A stretch of 48,525 nucleotides of DNA, taken from assembly GCF_018977255.1 (NCBI RefSeq), contig NW_024705395.1, positions 1-48,525 of the forward strand. The letters are read 5' to 3'. Made by a program: the position numbers and the translations under genes. Below the pieces are notes generated by a model that had not been told where the DNA came from, did not search any database, and was given only the letters and a program-made list of their open reading frames with translations. Below, one piece after another: positions 22,001-35,849 of this stretch. The first letter of the stretch is position 1, and each line of letters starts with the position of its first letter. The DNA is from Callorhinchus milii. Its lineage: Eukaryota.

Positions 22001-25000
22001 CAGGAGATTACGTTAAGACTGCCGGATCTGGTATATTACCAATTCGGGGGACTATCATTTTGCCGCAACCGAGCTCATAACTGTTTTAGGACCATGATAT
22101 GATAAGAAGCCTCACTCTATTCACTATATTCACACTCAGCCTACCTATTGTCAGTTCTAATGACGTTGTCTGTGGCTAGCTACGGAAGCGTCAATGTAGA
22201 ACCATATGCGGAGAAAGTTCTATGGGGAGGGTGCCATCCCGTATGATGCTACCAGGGACAACGCAAACACTACAGAGTGGCAGGCACTGCTATAGGATGA
22301 CCGTTAAGTAATAGGAGACTCTGTTAGAGGTGACGGCGTCGATCTCATGACTGGGGAGCTGCTGTACCTCGACCGCGTGCTACTGAGAGGGGTCCAGGTC
22401 AATGAACACGGACAGCAGTCGATCTGTTGTTATACATGCTGTTGCCAGCGAAATCCCGCAAAAACTTTCGCTAAGCCTCATCCACGATTCCCCCAACATG
22501 ATTTAACCGGCCATAAGTCTCTCGAAGGACCTCGGCAGCTTCCAGCAAACGTGGAGGCGGGGACGCCACGGGCGCGTTTGTCTTTACTAGTTCCAATGAG
22601 CATAAATTCACTTATTAAGGTCCCTTTCGGAACGCTTTTGAACTATAAACGGGTCCTTAATTCGATTAAAAATGCGATCGACCCAGATCCATGATCATTG
22701 GATCAGACATCCTACAGGGCCTTTTCAGCGGCGTGCGATTGCTAAACTACAGTCAACCTCGAAGATGCTGATGACCGCTGCTCCGGTATAGCTAACGATG
22801 GGTCGCAAGTTAGTAGCCGGCGATATCCGCTTAATCATGATAGTAGGGAGGATCTGCTCGCGAACCTATCGTTCTAACGTTCAGGGTGTGCAGTCCACGA
22901 GACGGTGATGATGTAAGGCACATATTCTCGACATTCCCCGACATAATCGCATGCCCGTGAGATAATGCGACGGTGGACATGTTGCACGAATCTCACTGCT
23001 CGGCTTAAAAAATTGCAGGAACAGCTCAAGGTTGTTAGTCACTACGCCTCACTTGCTTTCCGAACAGTTCAGTGAAGCAGTAGTCCGACGACGTCACGGA
23101 TCCAGGCTACTGAGGTAGCTTGACGAGTAAGGCATAAATTAACCATTTATGCCCTAGTGGACTTAATTAAGGTTCACACTTCTAGTTCTCTTTCAGGCTT
23201 ACGGAACGTCACGGACTCGATGCCCGATGAAGGTGCTAAGTAAGCTTGGACCCAGAATCCCTTTTCTAACAATTGCCGTTCACCCCAGATCACGAAGGTA
23301 TCGTGCGACGTAGAAGCACGATGTTTTCAAACGGGCTAAGGTTAAGCGACAGCGTAACTCCTCATATATACGCCAACGAATCCCGAGGCGTGATTAACCC
23401 TAGAGACCAACAGACGTATTCCCCGGGCGAATGGCGGGGACGCCCATGAAGGGAAAGAGCCACCTACAGTTTCCAGTTTTCTATCTATAATGCAGTACTT
23501 TTCAGTGACTTCGCCTCCCTAGACCGTGCGCGATTTAGAGTAAGTACCTCTTAATGGCTGACAGGTACCTCACTTGAACACCTATCGAGCAGGGCAGGAG
23601 TGAGATGGGTTATTATTAAATAGGTACAACACTAGCTCGATGCTAGCGTTTTCGATACAAGTGAATAGGATCTGGCCATTGCGCTATTCCAGTAGCAACT
23701 GGATATGCAAAGCCCTGAAAATCAGCTAAGATTTTTGGCATCTTGGTTAGGTTAGTTGAATCAGCTACGATCACTAGGATAGGGCGGCGCGTTCATAGCC
23801 TTCGGGAATTCAGCTAAGTCACTGCAACCGAAAGGGAGTCTACGGTAGCTATATCTACAACCTATGTCCCTCCCGATTCAGTTATCGGGCCTCAAAACCG
23901 TTTGCAGGGTGCAGCAGGTAGGTACGACCCGGACAAGTGATCGCATAGTTCTTTACGACAGGTCCGCCAGATACTCATTTCGGGCTTTACTTTAGTCGCT
24001 TGAAGCTGCCCAAGTGAAGCGCGGTTCGATAAGCCATTCGCGGATTTTATAGCTAGTTGCACGGGTCGCGGACCTCACAAACACGTAATCGATCCAGCAT
24101 TCTACGTGTATGCGACTGCTTTCTCTTGTGTATCAATGTATTTCGGGAATTACGTTTCTTCTTATAATGATACCGCAGGGTAAAAATTGTGTACGCCGGA
24201 GGGTCTTGAAACTTAGTGTTCACCTTAAAGTGTTGATGTACGCACCCTACTTGGTCGGGCCTCTATTGGTCCCGCGTCGCTGGGCCGAAGTCGATATATA
24301 ACCGCGATACTCTAGGTATAAAGCATCTCGAATGGCCTTGGATGGCACGTTAATATCGGTTATGAGCGTGGACATTGGCTTCGCCATGCTAGGCATCTCT
24401 CTGTGATTACACCTCATACGTGCCGTACATTAAATTGAAAGAGCTTCCCGCTGTGCCTGGTCCTGTTTGAATGGGGGATATATTCTAGTCTAGAGGACGA
24501 TACCTCTAAACGCAGCCGAAAATTTCAACTCCACAGAACTGTTGGAGTAGTATACCGGGGGCCCGTGTTGTGGTTACACGATATGTGGCGTGAAGCCAAG
24601 GCGCACCCCTCGGGGTAGGTAGCCACCGAATCAACAAGGGTGTGACAGGATCCGCAGGCGCGCTTACGACAGCAGTGGGAACTTGCTTAAAAAATGCTCT
24701 GGGGTGTTTTGGCATGGTTTTCCAGAAGAATTGTGATGATGTGGGGTTCCCCCCAGTTCACGTTCTAAGAATTCATACAAGCGCCCTGCTCTATGCTAGA
24801 CACTGAATTTGGCAAGTCTCGCGTAAATCTGCACACTCAATCATTTTTTTTCGGACGGCCTCTGCGTACTTTACGTTCCAGGGATCAGACCACTAATGCG
24901 ACCACACCCTACAAGAGTTGCGGTCTTGGTCTTTCGAGGTCCTCAGTTAATTCTGGGCACGTGACGACCTACGATAAAGAAGAGTGAGGTTTTCATAACG

Positions 25001-28000
25001 GAAGTACTTTAGGTGTATCCGCTTTCCTCTTACCTTGAACTTCCCGGACCATGAACCTACGTTTGGATTTTGCATAGCCGCCTGAATGCTGCTTGCACTG
25101 GTTTTAGCGACAATCCGGGTGAGGCTAACGAGTTTGGCTGGGTCTAAATACACATGGCAAGTGGGGCGAGTACTAAGATGCGTGGTAGGCCAAAGTACTG
25201 TCCCGTATCATCGCCGCAAAATCCGCTGTATTAGAGACTCCCGCCTTATCTACCGTCGCGCTCCCTGCGCTGTCTCGCGTAACGTCAGACTTGATAGGGC
25301 AACGGATCCTGTGTTCCCGACCATATGTATAAAGTATCCCCGCACGCAGAGTTGCGAATAAGATAATCAGAGTGTTCACTTCACTATGGATAGATAAGCT
25401 AAGGTCGAGTACACTCCCGGATTCCCGGTAGGTTAAGGCGTATCGTAGTTCACTAGTCGCCCAGAATTGGGTTAAACAATGGCGAATGTGCTCTCCTCGT
25501 CGACCTCATACGGGTAGTTGTCTGGAGCCGGAGTGAATCTCTCTTTACTTATGACCGCTGGAACATGATTGCGGGGCGTCGTAGGGATCTTACCGTTGTC
25601 TAAAGGGTGAAAGAGTGAGTCTTATATGCGCGCAAGCTCTTATGTTGAGGTCCCACGACGTTGTTAAAATTAGGAATATCGGACGACACTACGGTAGTAT
25701 TCGCGAAGTAGCCCGGTCAGCTACAGGTGGTGTAACCGACAGCTAAGTCCACCCTCCATCCGGGTAACGTAAAGCCGATACCTCTACAGATCCCTCCTTT
25801 CGACCACATTGTCCCCGATCCTCTATCATGGTAACCCGTGTTGCTTTGTAGCAACATTGCTTGAATAGTGCTAGGCGTCCTTATCTGAAGCCCTGTAAGA
25901 GTGCCGGGGGATCAAGGACGGAGCAGTGGACGGTCTGAAAAGGTGTATCCCATGACCGATAATGATTAACCCTGAAGGTTCATTACATGCAGCGATGTGG
26001 GGGGTCTTTCGACGAGGGTGCTCCTGGGTGTAGGGTCTCACTGGCCCAAGCTGACACCTTGAGATAATCTCCAGGGTGGTGTATTCCTTCTCTCTTCTTG
26101 CGTACCTGATACACGTCTAGTGAACGACTTCGAACCTGATGCGTCAGGCATATACCGTCAAAATTCTTCGCCGGGAACCAACACCTGAGCATGTCTGAGT
26201 TACTTTATCTGGTTAGTAGGATACAGGGTAAAGTTCGCGCATGACAGAGTCCTCGAGTTCCTATGCCTTGCGCTCAATTTTCACAGATCAAAGACCACTA
26301 TGACGCTTTAGGAGGTGCTTGGCGGCTAATGGAAACTCGTTTCCAGCTCTCTCAACTAAACTTGTTCTACTCAACCTTCTAACATGGTACCAAGGCACTA
26401 AAGGTGTATTAATGGAGTCGTGCACGACTCACTACCTACCTGTAGTAGTTCAATTCGACCTGCATCCGAATCAAGAAACACGTAGGTCGCACTAAGCGAG
26501 GTAAAAGAGATAGGAGAGCAATTAAATTATTGAGTTTAACGAATTCGACTTGTCTGCCCGAAAGAACGGCTCGGACGAATTAGGGGCTTCCTGGACATAG
26601 AGTTCTATGATGATGCTTATCTGGGCCCATTCGCATGCTGGATCGCTGTTGCTCAGAATCAAAGGGGCAGTGTTGAGATCACTCACAGGGTCAACACGCA
26701 CTCAGGTCGCTCCAAATCTACAGGGCCAATCGCTATCTTTCTCATGCACGAGTTCGTTATGACGTTTGCCTAAATTTAACACCGGGCACGGCCGCGAAAG
26801 TCATGAGAATCGAACATAACGAATCAAATGGAAAGCTCGGGTGGGCATGCTGGGTACTAGAGCGGATGTGACGACCGTAGCCAGTCAAGCTGTTTTCGTC
26901 TATTTCACGCAAACAATCGCTAACTCTCGATGAAAGTCGTTGATTATTTCCGGTGATGGCCAGGGAAGCTAGGCCCAATTGTAAATTAAATTACCTCGTC
27001 TAGCCGGAATCTGGGCTTTCATCGTCGGGCACAGTTAAGCTGAGCCGAGAAGTTAAAGATCGGGGCGGTGTGAGGAAAATTTCTGGCGGAGGATAGATGT
27101 GAGAGGGAGGTATGCGTAGTTGATGTCAAACTTCGAGACTCGTGGATCAGGATGCTGGCCATTGAGCATTACAAGTCTCACCATAGCAGGTATCCCGCTT
27201 TCGACGGTCATGCACCAAGTGAATAAAGATCTGAAAGTGGGTACGACCGTACATAGGACCAATATAAGCTTTGTCCCTGGAAGCCGAACCCCTATTGGTC
27301 ACTTTAGATTGTGTCTGAGCGTTCTGTAAGTCAAGGATGAGCTCTGCCAATACGCGTAGGGCGCATTAACACACCCATCCTTTATTAGGGACCGTCTCCG
27401 AGCTAAAAAGCCATTCAATCTCTTACTAGTGTCTTCACCCAATTGTCTGTGGCGTTGTGTTTGTCACCTTGAAGGGTATTACTAGTTTCCACCGTTTGTC
27501 AATGTCATCCCCAATAATCGGCCTGAGAGCTTGGCTAAATGTTGGTCTATACCTGCTGTCCGAATGCATTCTCCCATTACAGCGCAAACGGGCGCAACCC
27601 TGCAATTCAATCACCTCAAAGGAACTCTCCTCCTCCCCTTTGTAGTGTGGGTGTGAAACTTTAGGGAATTTCTCTCGAAGAGTTAGATCGCGGACAAGTT
27701 AATGGCAGAGGAGGTGGCGTGAATTCCGACACTACACGTCTTAGAGTGGCGTTTCTTTGGGTAAGGGGGGATCTATTGCGTACTTGAGGGATCCCCGGTG
27801 AAACACGAACCGAACCGAGATGGTGGTTCTCAAGTTGGCATCTGCCGGGGCAGCACTGCTAACGGTGACTAGATGCTTGCGCCGTACTTCCGGACCTATT
27901 TATAAACTATCGAATATGGGGCGGGTCCCGCGGGAATTTGATGAGATAGCTAGATGTAGGGTCGTCAAAATCCTGAGAGTTAGTAAGGATAATGTCTCTA

Positions 28001-31000
28001 CTTCTGCTTTTTGAGTGTACCTAGGGGTGCCATTTGTTGGCAGAAGGTTTCTCTTACGCGACCAACGACCTGCCGATTTTGGGGCGTACGTAAGATAAGC
28101 CACATGCAGCACATTGCATGCATCTGAGTGTGCGGCAGCGCTTTTCAAGCTTCTAACGAAAGACAAAGCAAAGCCGGACTGCCGAATTCCCGAAGCTTAT
28201 GTTTGATGAGTCTGAGGGAGTCTCTCCGTAGGCGAACAATGATATGTCTGAAAGATGCAAGTAGATCCTGGGGGTAAAAGAAACTTCCTTGTCAAAGCCT
28301 AGTTCTCGCTGTTCCAAGGAAACGCCGACGAGGTATGTATTGCAGTTTTCGTCCTCGTGGAGATCCATTTTCCCGTAACTCCGAGTACCAAATTCATGTC
28401 CTGATAACGGCTGAAAGAACCCAGTTATTCGTTCGAATCCTGATTGGGGGGTCGCCAACATTTCAGGTATAACCCTAGTCTATTCGTATTACGAGGATCA
28501 CACTGGGACCGCAACTTCCTTCTGGAAATGGACTAAAGATCGACGTCTCACACATCTCTTAGAACGTAGCGCAAAAGAGCTTGGCGGAGTGTACAGCGAA
28601 CAATCTCCGCTCCAGAGACGACTACACCAGTGACTGTGGTCCTAGTGTGCCACGGTCTCCCAGTATGCAATTGGTCAACCTAAGTAGGCACATTTTTCGC
28701 GGAAGTATGGAACGGTCATTTTGCATTGGAGACTTATGTACTGCTCGTAAGTAGTAACCTTGACCCAAATGGATATGTGGACAGCGCTGGTCGGCGTCTG
28801 CATCAACCAGTCATAACGAGATGTGATACCTGAGTGCGTCGCGCGGACACTTCAAAGGATGAAGGATCAAAAATGGCATGATGAAACGACAAGCAAGGTA
28901 TCGTTTTTTGGTGATTCCTCATATCGCTTTGCCCCCCCGGTATCGGGTCATGGCAATCAGAATCTCGTGCGAGTACAGTTGATCCTCTCATGATCATAAG
29001 ACTGAGTCGGTGGTCCCCTGCTGTTCTGTTCAAAAAGAATGATTCTACGGCACCGTATTCATTGGCTCTAGATAGAGTATGGCCCAATATGTACCCATAA
29101 CGTCTAGGCTGGGTTTATGAAATACATCCGCACATCGAATAATTGCTGACAAACAGATATGTATCGAATAATGACCCAGTGACCGATATAGACTCACGAG
29201 GCAATGACCGAGAGGCTATTGATGTGACCAGTAGCAGAGACTGTCATAATGGGTCTTGTGTTTGGCATGGGAACGGGGAATGAGAAGCCAAGGCTGCGGG
29301 TCACAACACTCGTCACTATAAATTGCCGTAAAGTCAATGGTGGCTACCTTTCATTGTGGACTCAGCAGCAGCTGAGATGTACACGCTCCCATGACGGCTA
29401 GACCGGGAGCGTACAAAGATAAAGGAAAACCTTTTTAACTAGGTCACAGCGAAGTGCGGAGATCATGCGACGGGGCAGAGGGTTGACGCTTTCCCCATCC
29501 AGGACGACGATAGTGTAAGTCGTTTAATGGCTGTCCCCGAACTTCTTGGGTTTGGAAAGTTAATCTAGCTAGCCTCAGAGCCCCTATACCCTATCCATCT
29601 CACGTGGAGAAAACGCGTATCTCTCTCACCAACTCATGTAGAGACGAAATTTTGTGGGATATTAACAAAAGAGTTCTGTATTAGAAACTGAGGATCAATC
29701 TCCGACAATCAGTCGAAGGTAATTGACCGCAATATTGACTCCGTTGTACAGCGGTAAAGCATTCTTCTGTTAGGTAGCCTGATATCGGTCCCTAATACCA
29801 CGATAACCGGGATGGATCTCAATTTAAAGACGGCAACTCTATGTGGTTATACGCTAAGGTTTACGCAACCAGACAACCCACGGTATTGCCACTGTGCACT
29901 ACAGCCATTCCACATGGCACCCCGGTTCTTACTCGGCGTACTGCAACACTTCGAGCTGAGACCTATTTCAGTTCAGTCGGACACATGAGTGCCGATTTTC
30001 TCTCGAAGTCGGAGGCTAGGATCCGGCATGGGGAACAACATGCTTATATGACCGCGATTGAGCATTGAATTTGTTCGTGCGATTTCGACCTTATACCTTC
30101 ATTTGGATAGGGTTACTATGATCGCTCAGATCTTTGTACCTTCTCCCCACCTTTCGCAAACCCAGATAGGCCTCGGTGTATAGAGAACAGGATAGTAATC
30201 AATGTGCGCCCATTCATTAAAGGAAAGGCACGCCGGAGATATCCGTGAGGATCCGTTGTTCATAAGGATTTTATAGACGTTGTAACGGCATGCGTGACAG
30301 AGCCTAGGTCAGGAGGGAGTCTCACTTCGCTGATACGTACAAATCATCAGGGTAGAGTTAGAATCGGGTGCGCATCAATCCGTGATGAGTAAGCATACGC
30401 TCGCATCACGGTCCCCCGAGCAGGATACTACTCCTTCATCTTATAGAAGGGATCACTATAATCCACCAGCGGTTTCGTTAGCCTCTACGACCCCCTGAAA
30501 AGTGTATGACGTCTGGCCACGGTTCCATTAATGGCCTCGACTAATGCAACGGATGCCAAACGGAACTAGACTAAACTTTAGTCTCCAGGTTTAACACTGT
30601 CGCCCGAGTGACCTGTAGTTTGTACATCCTTCATGCTTGTTAAAGCAGACGGCGGCTCCATGGACAAAGGTACCTTCCGCGTACTGGAACGCCCTTTACT
30701 CGGACCAAACTAGAACCCAAGCTGATAAATCCCTGCAGCGGTGTCCAACTCGTGTCTTATTGAGGGCGTTCGCGTGTCTAGATTCGTTTCGGTTAGAGAA
30801 AAGAACCTGTTCGCCAGGGTAGACCCGCGAGCTAAGGCGGCAGTATGAAACGCACGTGACTCGAGTGTATGTGTCATACTGCAGCGTTTTACTTTGGGTC
30901 TGATAATTTTTTTGCAAGATCAAATCCGTGATGTGACCGCCTTTACCTTACGACCTGATACGGAGCTGTGAATGACCAAACTTAGCAAGATTGATCGATC

Positions 31001-33439
31001 TTGTACTTGCCGGATTTGTACAGTGATTCTGTCTGAAATGCTAAGATGACAGAGACACGCTCTTCAATGGACCTTCAAAGCTCGATGTATAATATGGGGT
31101 GGTGAATGGAAAGTTTAAATTAAGAACGATTTGCCGGCGCTATTCTCGTTATGCAACCTTCTCCATCCACGCGCTGAAAGCTGACAATCGTTTGCCTAAT
31201 CCCCGGGTCTTTCGATTACGCAAGATGACGTATAAGAGGATTCTCCGCCTACGTATGGATGTGGCAGATCGGCTTTACAATATTTCTTCTTAAATCTAAC
31301 GGAATACTAGTCTGTGGGGTGGCAATGTTTAACATTGTCCACCAGGACGGAGGGGACAGATCTGTGTCCGGCCCACTTGGGGTTCCAATGGGCGGGCAAA
31401 ACGATCCGTTATATACACAGGGGGATAATTGGTCGCCTGTAGCTCGCGCAGCTTCGTGCAGCGTGATTGACCACACGAGGGTGTGGGACAGGTTACGCCT
31501 GTGTGGGCCCTGGAGTGTCATTCCTGTGTACGATTTAGAAGGCCCTCAGAGATGTGGCGGTCAAGCGACTTCCAGGGCCTCTCATGTGGGCAGCAAAGTG
31601 AATATGATCGGCTGAGAGAGGGATCGCGAGACACGCGACCGGCCACTGCATACACACTGTAGAAATTGGGTGATTAGTGATAAGATCTGAATGCCGGCGC
31701 ACATGGGCATAGCCCTACCAAGTATCTAACTCCTTCGCTCGGTCGGTAAGAAGAATGCAAACTCCCAGGAAACGCAGGAGTCGTATAGAGGGAGTTCCAT
31801 TCTGTGGTTACATAAATTGCAGTAGCAGCGTTCTACGCGTCTGTAGGCTGAGGGAATAGTAGGAACTGATCCTCGTAATTATCACAATATCTGGTATTAA
31901 TCTACAAGTGTGGAATCTTGAGGACGGACGAACTCAAGAAATTACGACATAGCGTTACTATCTCCTTATCTTGGTATGGTACATGTTAGGAATTTTGGTA
32001 GTTACATGGAACAAGGTAGCGGGGACCAACCCACCCGGCATAATCCGGCGCCTGTTAATGATAACGCATTGTTTCGGGGAGCCATTATTAGTAAATCCTA
32101 ATTTAGCAGCGCCAGCCCCTCCAGTTAGTGGCGTCAACACATTGAACGAAGTCAGTCCCCCAAGCACCTAGGTATCGTGTCCATGACTTACAGTACCTTT
32201 AAGCGTTTGTGATTGGTTGGATTTTCACCAGGTCCGGACGTTGTAAACTCTGAGACCCTAACTAAAATCACTTAACGAGTTGGATCCCGGTAGCAAATTT
32301 AAGCCTCATCACCGGTACATAGGGTGCCACTATACTAATAATTGGGTTCGCGTGGGCAACTGATACTGAGACTGGTAGACCTGGTGATTGTGACTTGGTC
32401 CAACCCTGTGCAGTCAAACAACTACAGTGTCAGTCCTCATAGTAGGCTCGTGTACAGAAAATTTTACGCGTGAACTTGGTCAGGGCGGGAATGTCACTTT
32501 CTCCAATCGGTTCAACATGTTAGTGGATACTGTCTAGGAGATCTGATGAATATAAGGTGTTGGAGCACAAATAGGCACGTCGTTGAATCTTAAACGTAGT
32601 CGTCGGCTTATCCAGAAGGTCCTCACAGGGGTATAAAGAAGTTGATTAATCACTAGTGTAAGTTGGGACGGACCATTCTTGCCTATGCCCAGATCTACTT
32701 CTTGCGGGCGTAAACTAGGTAGCGCGAGACTCCCACAATGGGTGCCTCGTTTGTGCTCCGGCAGTCTACGACCCAGAATACGAAAGGGACGAGGTCGTAG
32801 GCATCTGGCGTCACGCTGCGCATGGTGGACACCCAACAACAGCCTGCGGAAATTTTTGCGTGGTACTAAACGCTGAGGTTGTCCAAAACCGGACTCAATC
32901 GGGTTTTAGCTTTTGCGTGCCACAAAGCTAGCTAAAGCCGTAAGTGTGAGTCCGCAGCTCTAGTGTGGATGGGAATACAGAACACGCCATTGTCCCATTC
33001 CGGGCTGCCGGAATGGCTTTATTGACTAAGGTGACCCGCCGACTGATGGGCTTCTCGAGTCAGAATGTGCTACCCTCGCAGAGAATCGTCAGTCAACATG
33101 AGCGTCTAGAGTATACACGGAAATCGCAGCCGTAAGTCGAAGCTTCCATTGGAAGTCTTCATTTCCTGGTATTCTTTGCCACGTAGGTACGACCCGCGTT
33201 TGCCTTTACTCGATATCTCGGAGCTTCCAACTAAAAGTAGAGCGAGTAGGATTGGGTTTAAGATACGGTAATGTTCGTAATGTTCTTAACTCTAGGCGCG
33301 TCTGTAGACAACAAGTCGCGCCCAATAAGACTTAAGACAGTGAAACGGAGGCTCACGCCTCGACTGCTCCAGAGGTCGTCTAAGGAGAGCTTCCGGCACG
33401 GACTTCCCTATGCCACCTTCTCAATTACGATGTAACGGG
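19074..33439. other. Unassignable, random-looking non-coding block (~14.4 kb)
   Basis: Longest ORF in the track is 118 aa and none has a recognisable motif. I saw no repeats, microsatellites or long homopolymers, and composition looks flat by eye, unlike both flanks. Boundaries are approximate. Confidence 0.7.
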
Positions 33440-34222
33440 TCACCTTTCCGTCGCTCGTAGAATTGGTGGCGGCAGGCCGAGGGCGGTCCATACACCCTGG
33501 CCATGAGGCGCAGCGCGGCTTGGAGTGTGGAGCGGCCCGATCGCGGGGTGGATCTGAAGGCCGTGAACGCGTCGTCGTCCAGCGTCGCTGGTAGCGCACG
33601 TAGCGCCGTAGCGTCAGACCACCCCGACATTTCCTGATGGGCGAGGAATCTCCGCTGGAAGGCTCCCCAGTCACCCCCTCAGCTTTGAAGGCCGTCAACG
33701 CAGGAAGTCGCTGTTGAAACACCTGGTCGTCTTCCGATAGATGATTTTCCCGCGCCGCGCCGTCGTTGTGAGAAATGGCGGCCCCGTCAATGGGTGGTTC
33801 GTGTCGACTTTTGTCGCGCGCCGATGACGCGGGCGGCGAAGAGTGGAGGTCCCCGGTCACATGGTGGTCGCGATTCCCGCCAATCGACGGACGATCTGTA
33901 AAAATGGCGTCATTTTCAATGTCAGAGGCGCGCGTATTTTGGCGGGAATCTCCTGTGCGCAGCGCGGTGCTGGCCGTCGTCCTTCCTCCTCCCGATGCGG
34001 TGATTTCCGCCAAAATGGAAGCCGCGGCCAGTAGCAGCTCCGCCAGGCGAGAGTGCGCATCCTGGAGTCCGGTGTCGGACCGAGCGGAGCGTCGGGCGTC
34101 CCCGAAAGGTGCTGCGGTGTCGGCATCTCCTCTTCCTCTCCTCCCGAAGCTTGCTGGCCCGATTCTTCGTGGTCGTCTTCCCGGTCTCGCTCGTGAGTAC
34201 GATTAGTCTTCCTAGTATCCAT
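33440..34222 (-). pseudogene. gag: Gypsy gag remnant (N-terminal part), frameshifted and abruptly truncated at ~33440
   Basis: MSGWSDATALRALPATLDDDAFTAF...HQFYERRKG aligns by eye with SLGWTEAQALRALPTALDDDSLVTF...HKFQLRRR of the gag at 43026. Leader MDTRKTN. Confidence 0.8.
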
Positions 34223-34254
34223 ATTTTGAAGAGAGTTTCACTTCTGACGCCAGT

Positions 34255-34768
34255 TGTAGTATCTCAATAATGGCGGGAGACGAGTTGACGGGGCAGCACT
34301 TATTTATTAACACTGGTGCAACAGTAACAGGTACAGCCGAGATACAGCCTACGCTACGCGTGCCTAACTCGGCTACGCACTCAGGCTCTCCGGCTACGCT
34401 CTCCCCACGGGGAGCTATCGGACCCGCCCTTGCCAGGGCACAGGTCTCGACCTCTGGGTTACACAGCCCGGCCCTTACAAGGACGTCGGGCCGTGAATCC
34501 CAAGGTCTCGCCTCTGAGCCGCACAGAGTCCCGGCCCTTACAAGGGCAGCGGGGCTAGGGGTCTCAGGGCCCTATCTCTTCCTCCGTCTTCTGTCTTCAC
34601 TGGTTGACGACTCCCGAGTGCTGCTGCACATCGCCTTACATAGCCCTCCGCTTCAGGGGGCGGGGCCTATGCGGACCGCGATGTGGACACCCGCCTGCGG
34701 ACCGTGATGTAGCCACCCACTACGCGCCTGTCTCACGATCCTCCCCGCCAGCACGTACCACCTCTACA
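34255..34768 (-). repeat. 5' LTR of the Gypsy relic, with a tRNA-Leu PBS (TGGCGTCAGAAGTG) at 34239-34252
   Basis: TGTAG...CTACA termini, AATAAA on the minus strand at ~34303, PBS 2 nt from the LTR end, and a composition shift after 34768. Confidence 0.75.
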
Positions 34769-35639
34769 TATGGATGGCTTCATGAACAAATCTTTGTTGA
34801 TAGCCAGTGGGTTTGCAAAGTACCTTCGTCTTAGAGAAATTAATTTAGTGTGAGCCAACCGCATTAAAACAATGACGTAACATAGACGCACTTCCAATTA
34901 TTTGTCTTCTAATGCGAGAGTCTTTATTTATTGACTCCAATTACAGTAGGCACTTGCTTGGCTACATACAATCATATAAACAAGACACGATTCTCTGGTT
35001 ATTTACGAGGACCATACCCCGGAGTTTGCCGTCGGTTCAAATACTGACTTGTATGATTTTAGGTGCTATTTCTATCGAATATTTAGCTCATATGGTTGAT
35101 TACCTAGGACCAATTATGGGCCAACATCCTCCTTTCATATTTTCAAACGTGGTGCATCCAGCGGGTCAGCCTGAGTTCATTCCTGGTTCTGGCTTTGTAG
35201 ACCTCCTGGCACCTGATGCTGTAACCCCTATACAACTCCCTCCCACCGGATGCCATCCCAAGGTTGTGTGGGCACAGACCCACTTAATTATTCCTAGGTG
35301 TGGTGTGTGTGTCTGTATCCTTGTTTATTGTGAAACTGCCTTCCTCCCTTCTTAGGTTGACTCAATCTTAAAATTGATTCCTGCTGCAGCATGCAATGCC
35401 AGCCACTGGGAAGACAAAGGCAGTCGGGCAGGCTCTGGTTATACCCCTGGAATACATATTATTTTTGTCGTGGAGAACTTTATGTAAGTTCTTCACAACC
35501 TCTAGCAGCAACCTCCACCATTAACAGTGTGAGTGTGTAAAGCGAGGTGCAATGATTACTTGGCAGCCCTTAAATTGGTGAAAACCCACCACCAGCGCCG
35601 TCGTTGCCCTCTACGAGTGCCATCACTTACATTAACATT

Positions 35640-35835
35640 AGCTGCCCCGCCCATGCTGCTGACACTTGGGCTACGCCCATTTCAAACCTTTATAAACAGT
35701 TTGGCTTTAGAGGCTAACCCCCTTTTCCTGATGATGACCGTTTGTGTTGCGATCGAAACGTTGTAGTTTTTTGTTATTTTCTTTGAACCTATCTACGTGA
35801 CTTTACTGAAAGACCCAAAGAATTTGAATATCACA
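35640..35835 (+). mobile_element. Old Penelope-like pLTR remnant with a degenerate hammerhead (35728-35762)
   Basis: TTTATAAA, then CTGATGA-T-GACCG...CGATC-GAAA-CGTT, a T-rich linker and CTACGTGACTTTACTGAAAGA, in the same order as in the other pLTRs. Confidence 0.6.
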
Positions 35836-35849
35836 CTTAATATACATTT

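Noticed and set aside
19083..32876. Dozens of 60-118-aa ORFs in the central block
   Set aside because: No motifs, no strand or operon-like organisation, and lengths as expected by chance.
23918..33196. 14-mer GTAGGTACGACCCG occurring twice (~23918 and ~33183)
   Set aside because: A single 14-mer match within ~14 kb is compatible with chance and does not extend.
34912..35355. 147-aa ORF between Gypsy relics
   Set aside because: No recognisable domain or splice context; likely a chance ORF.
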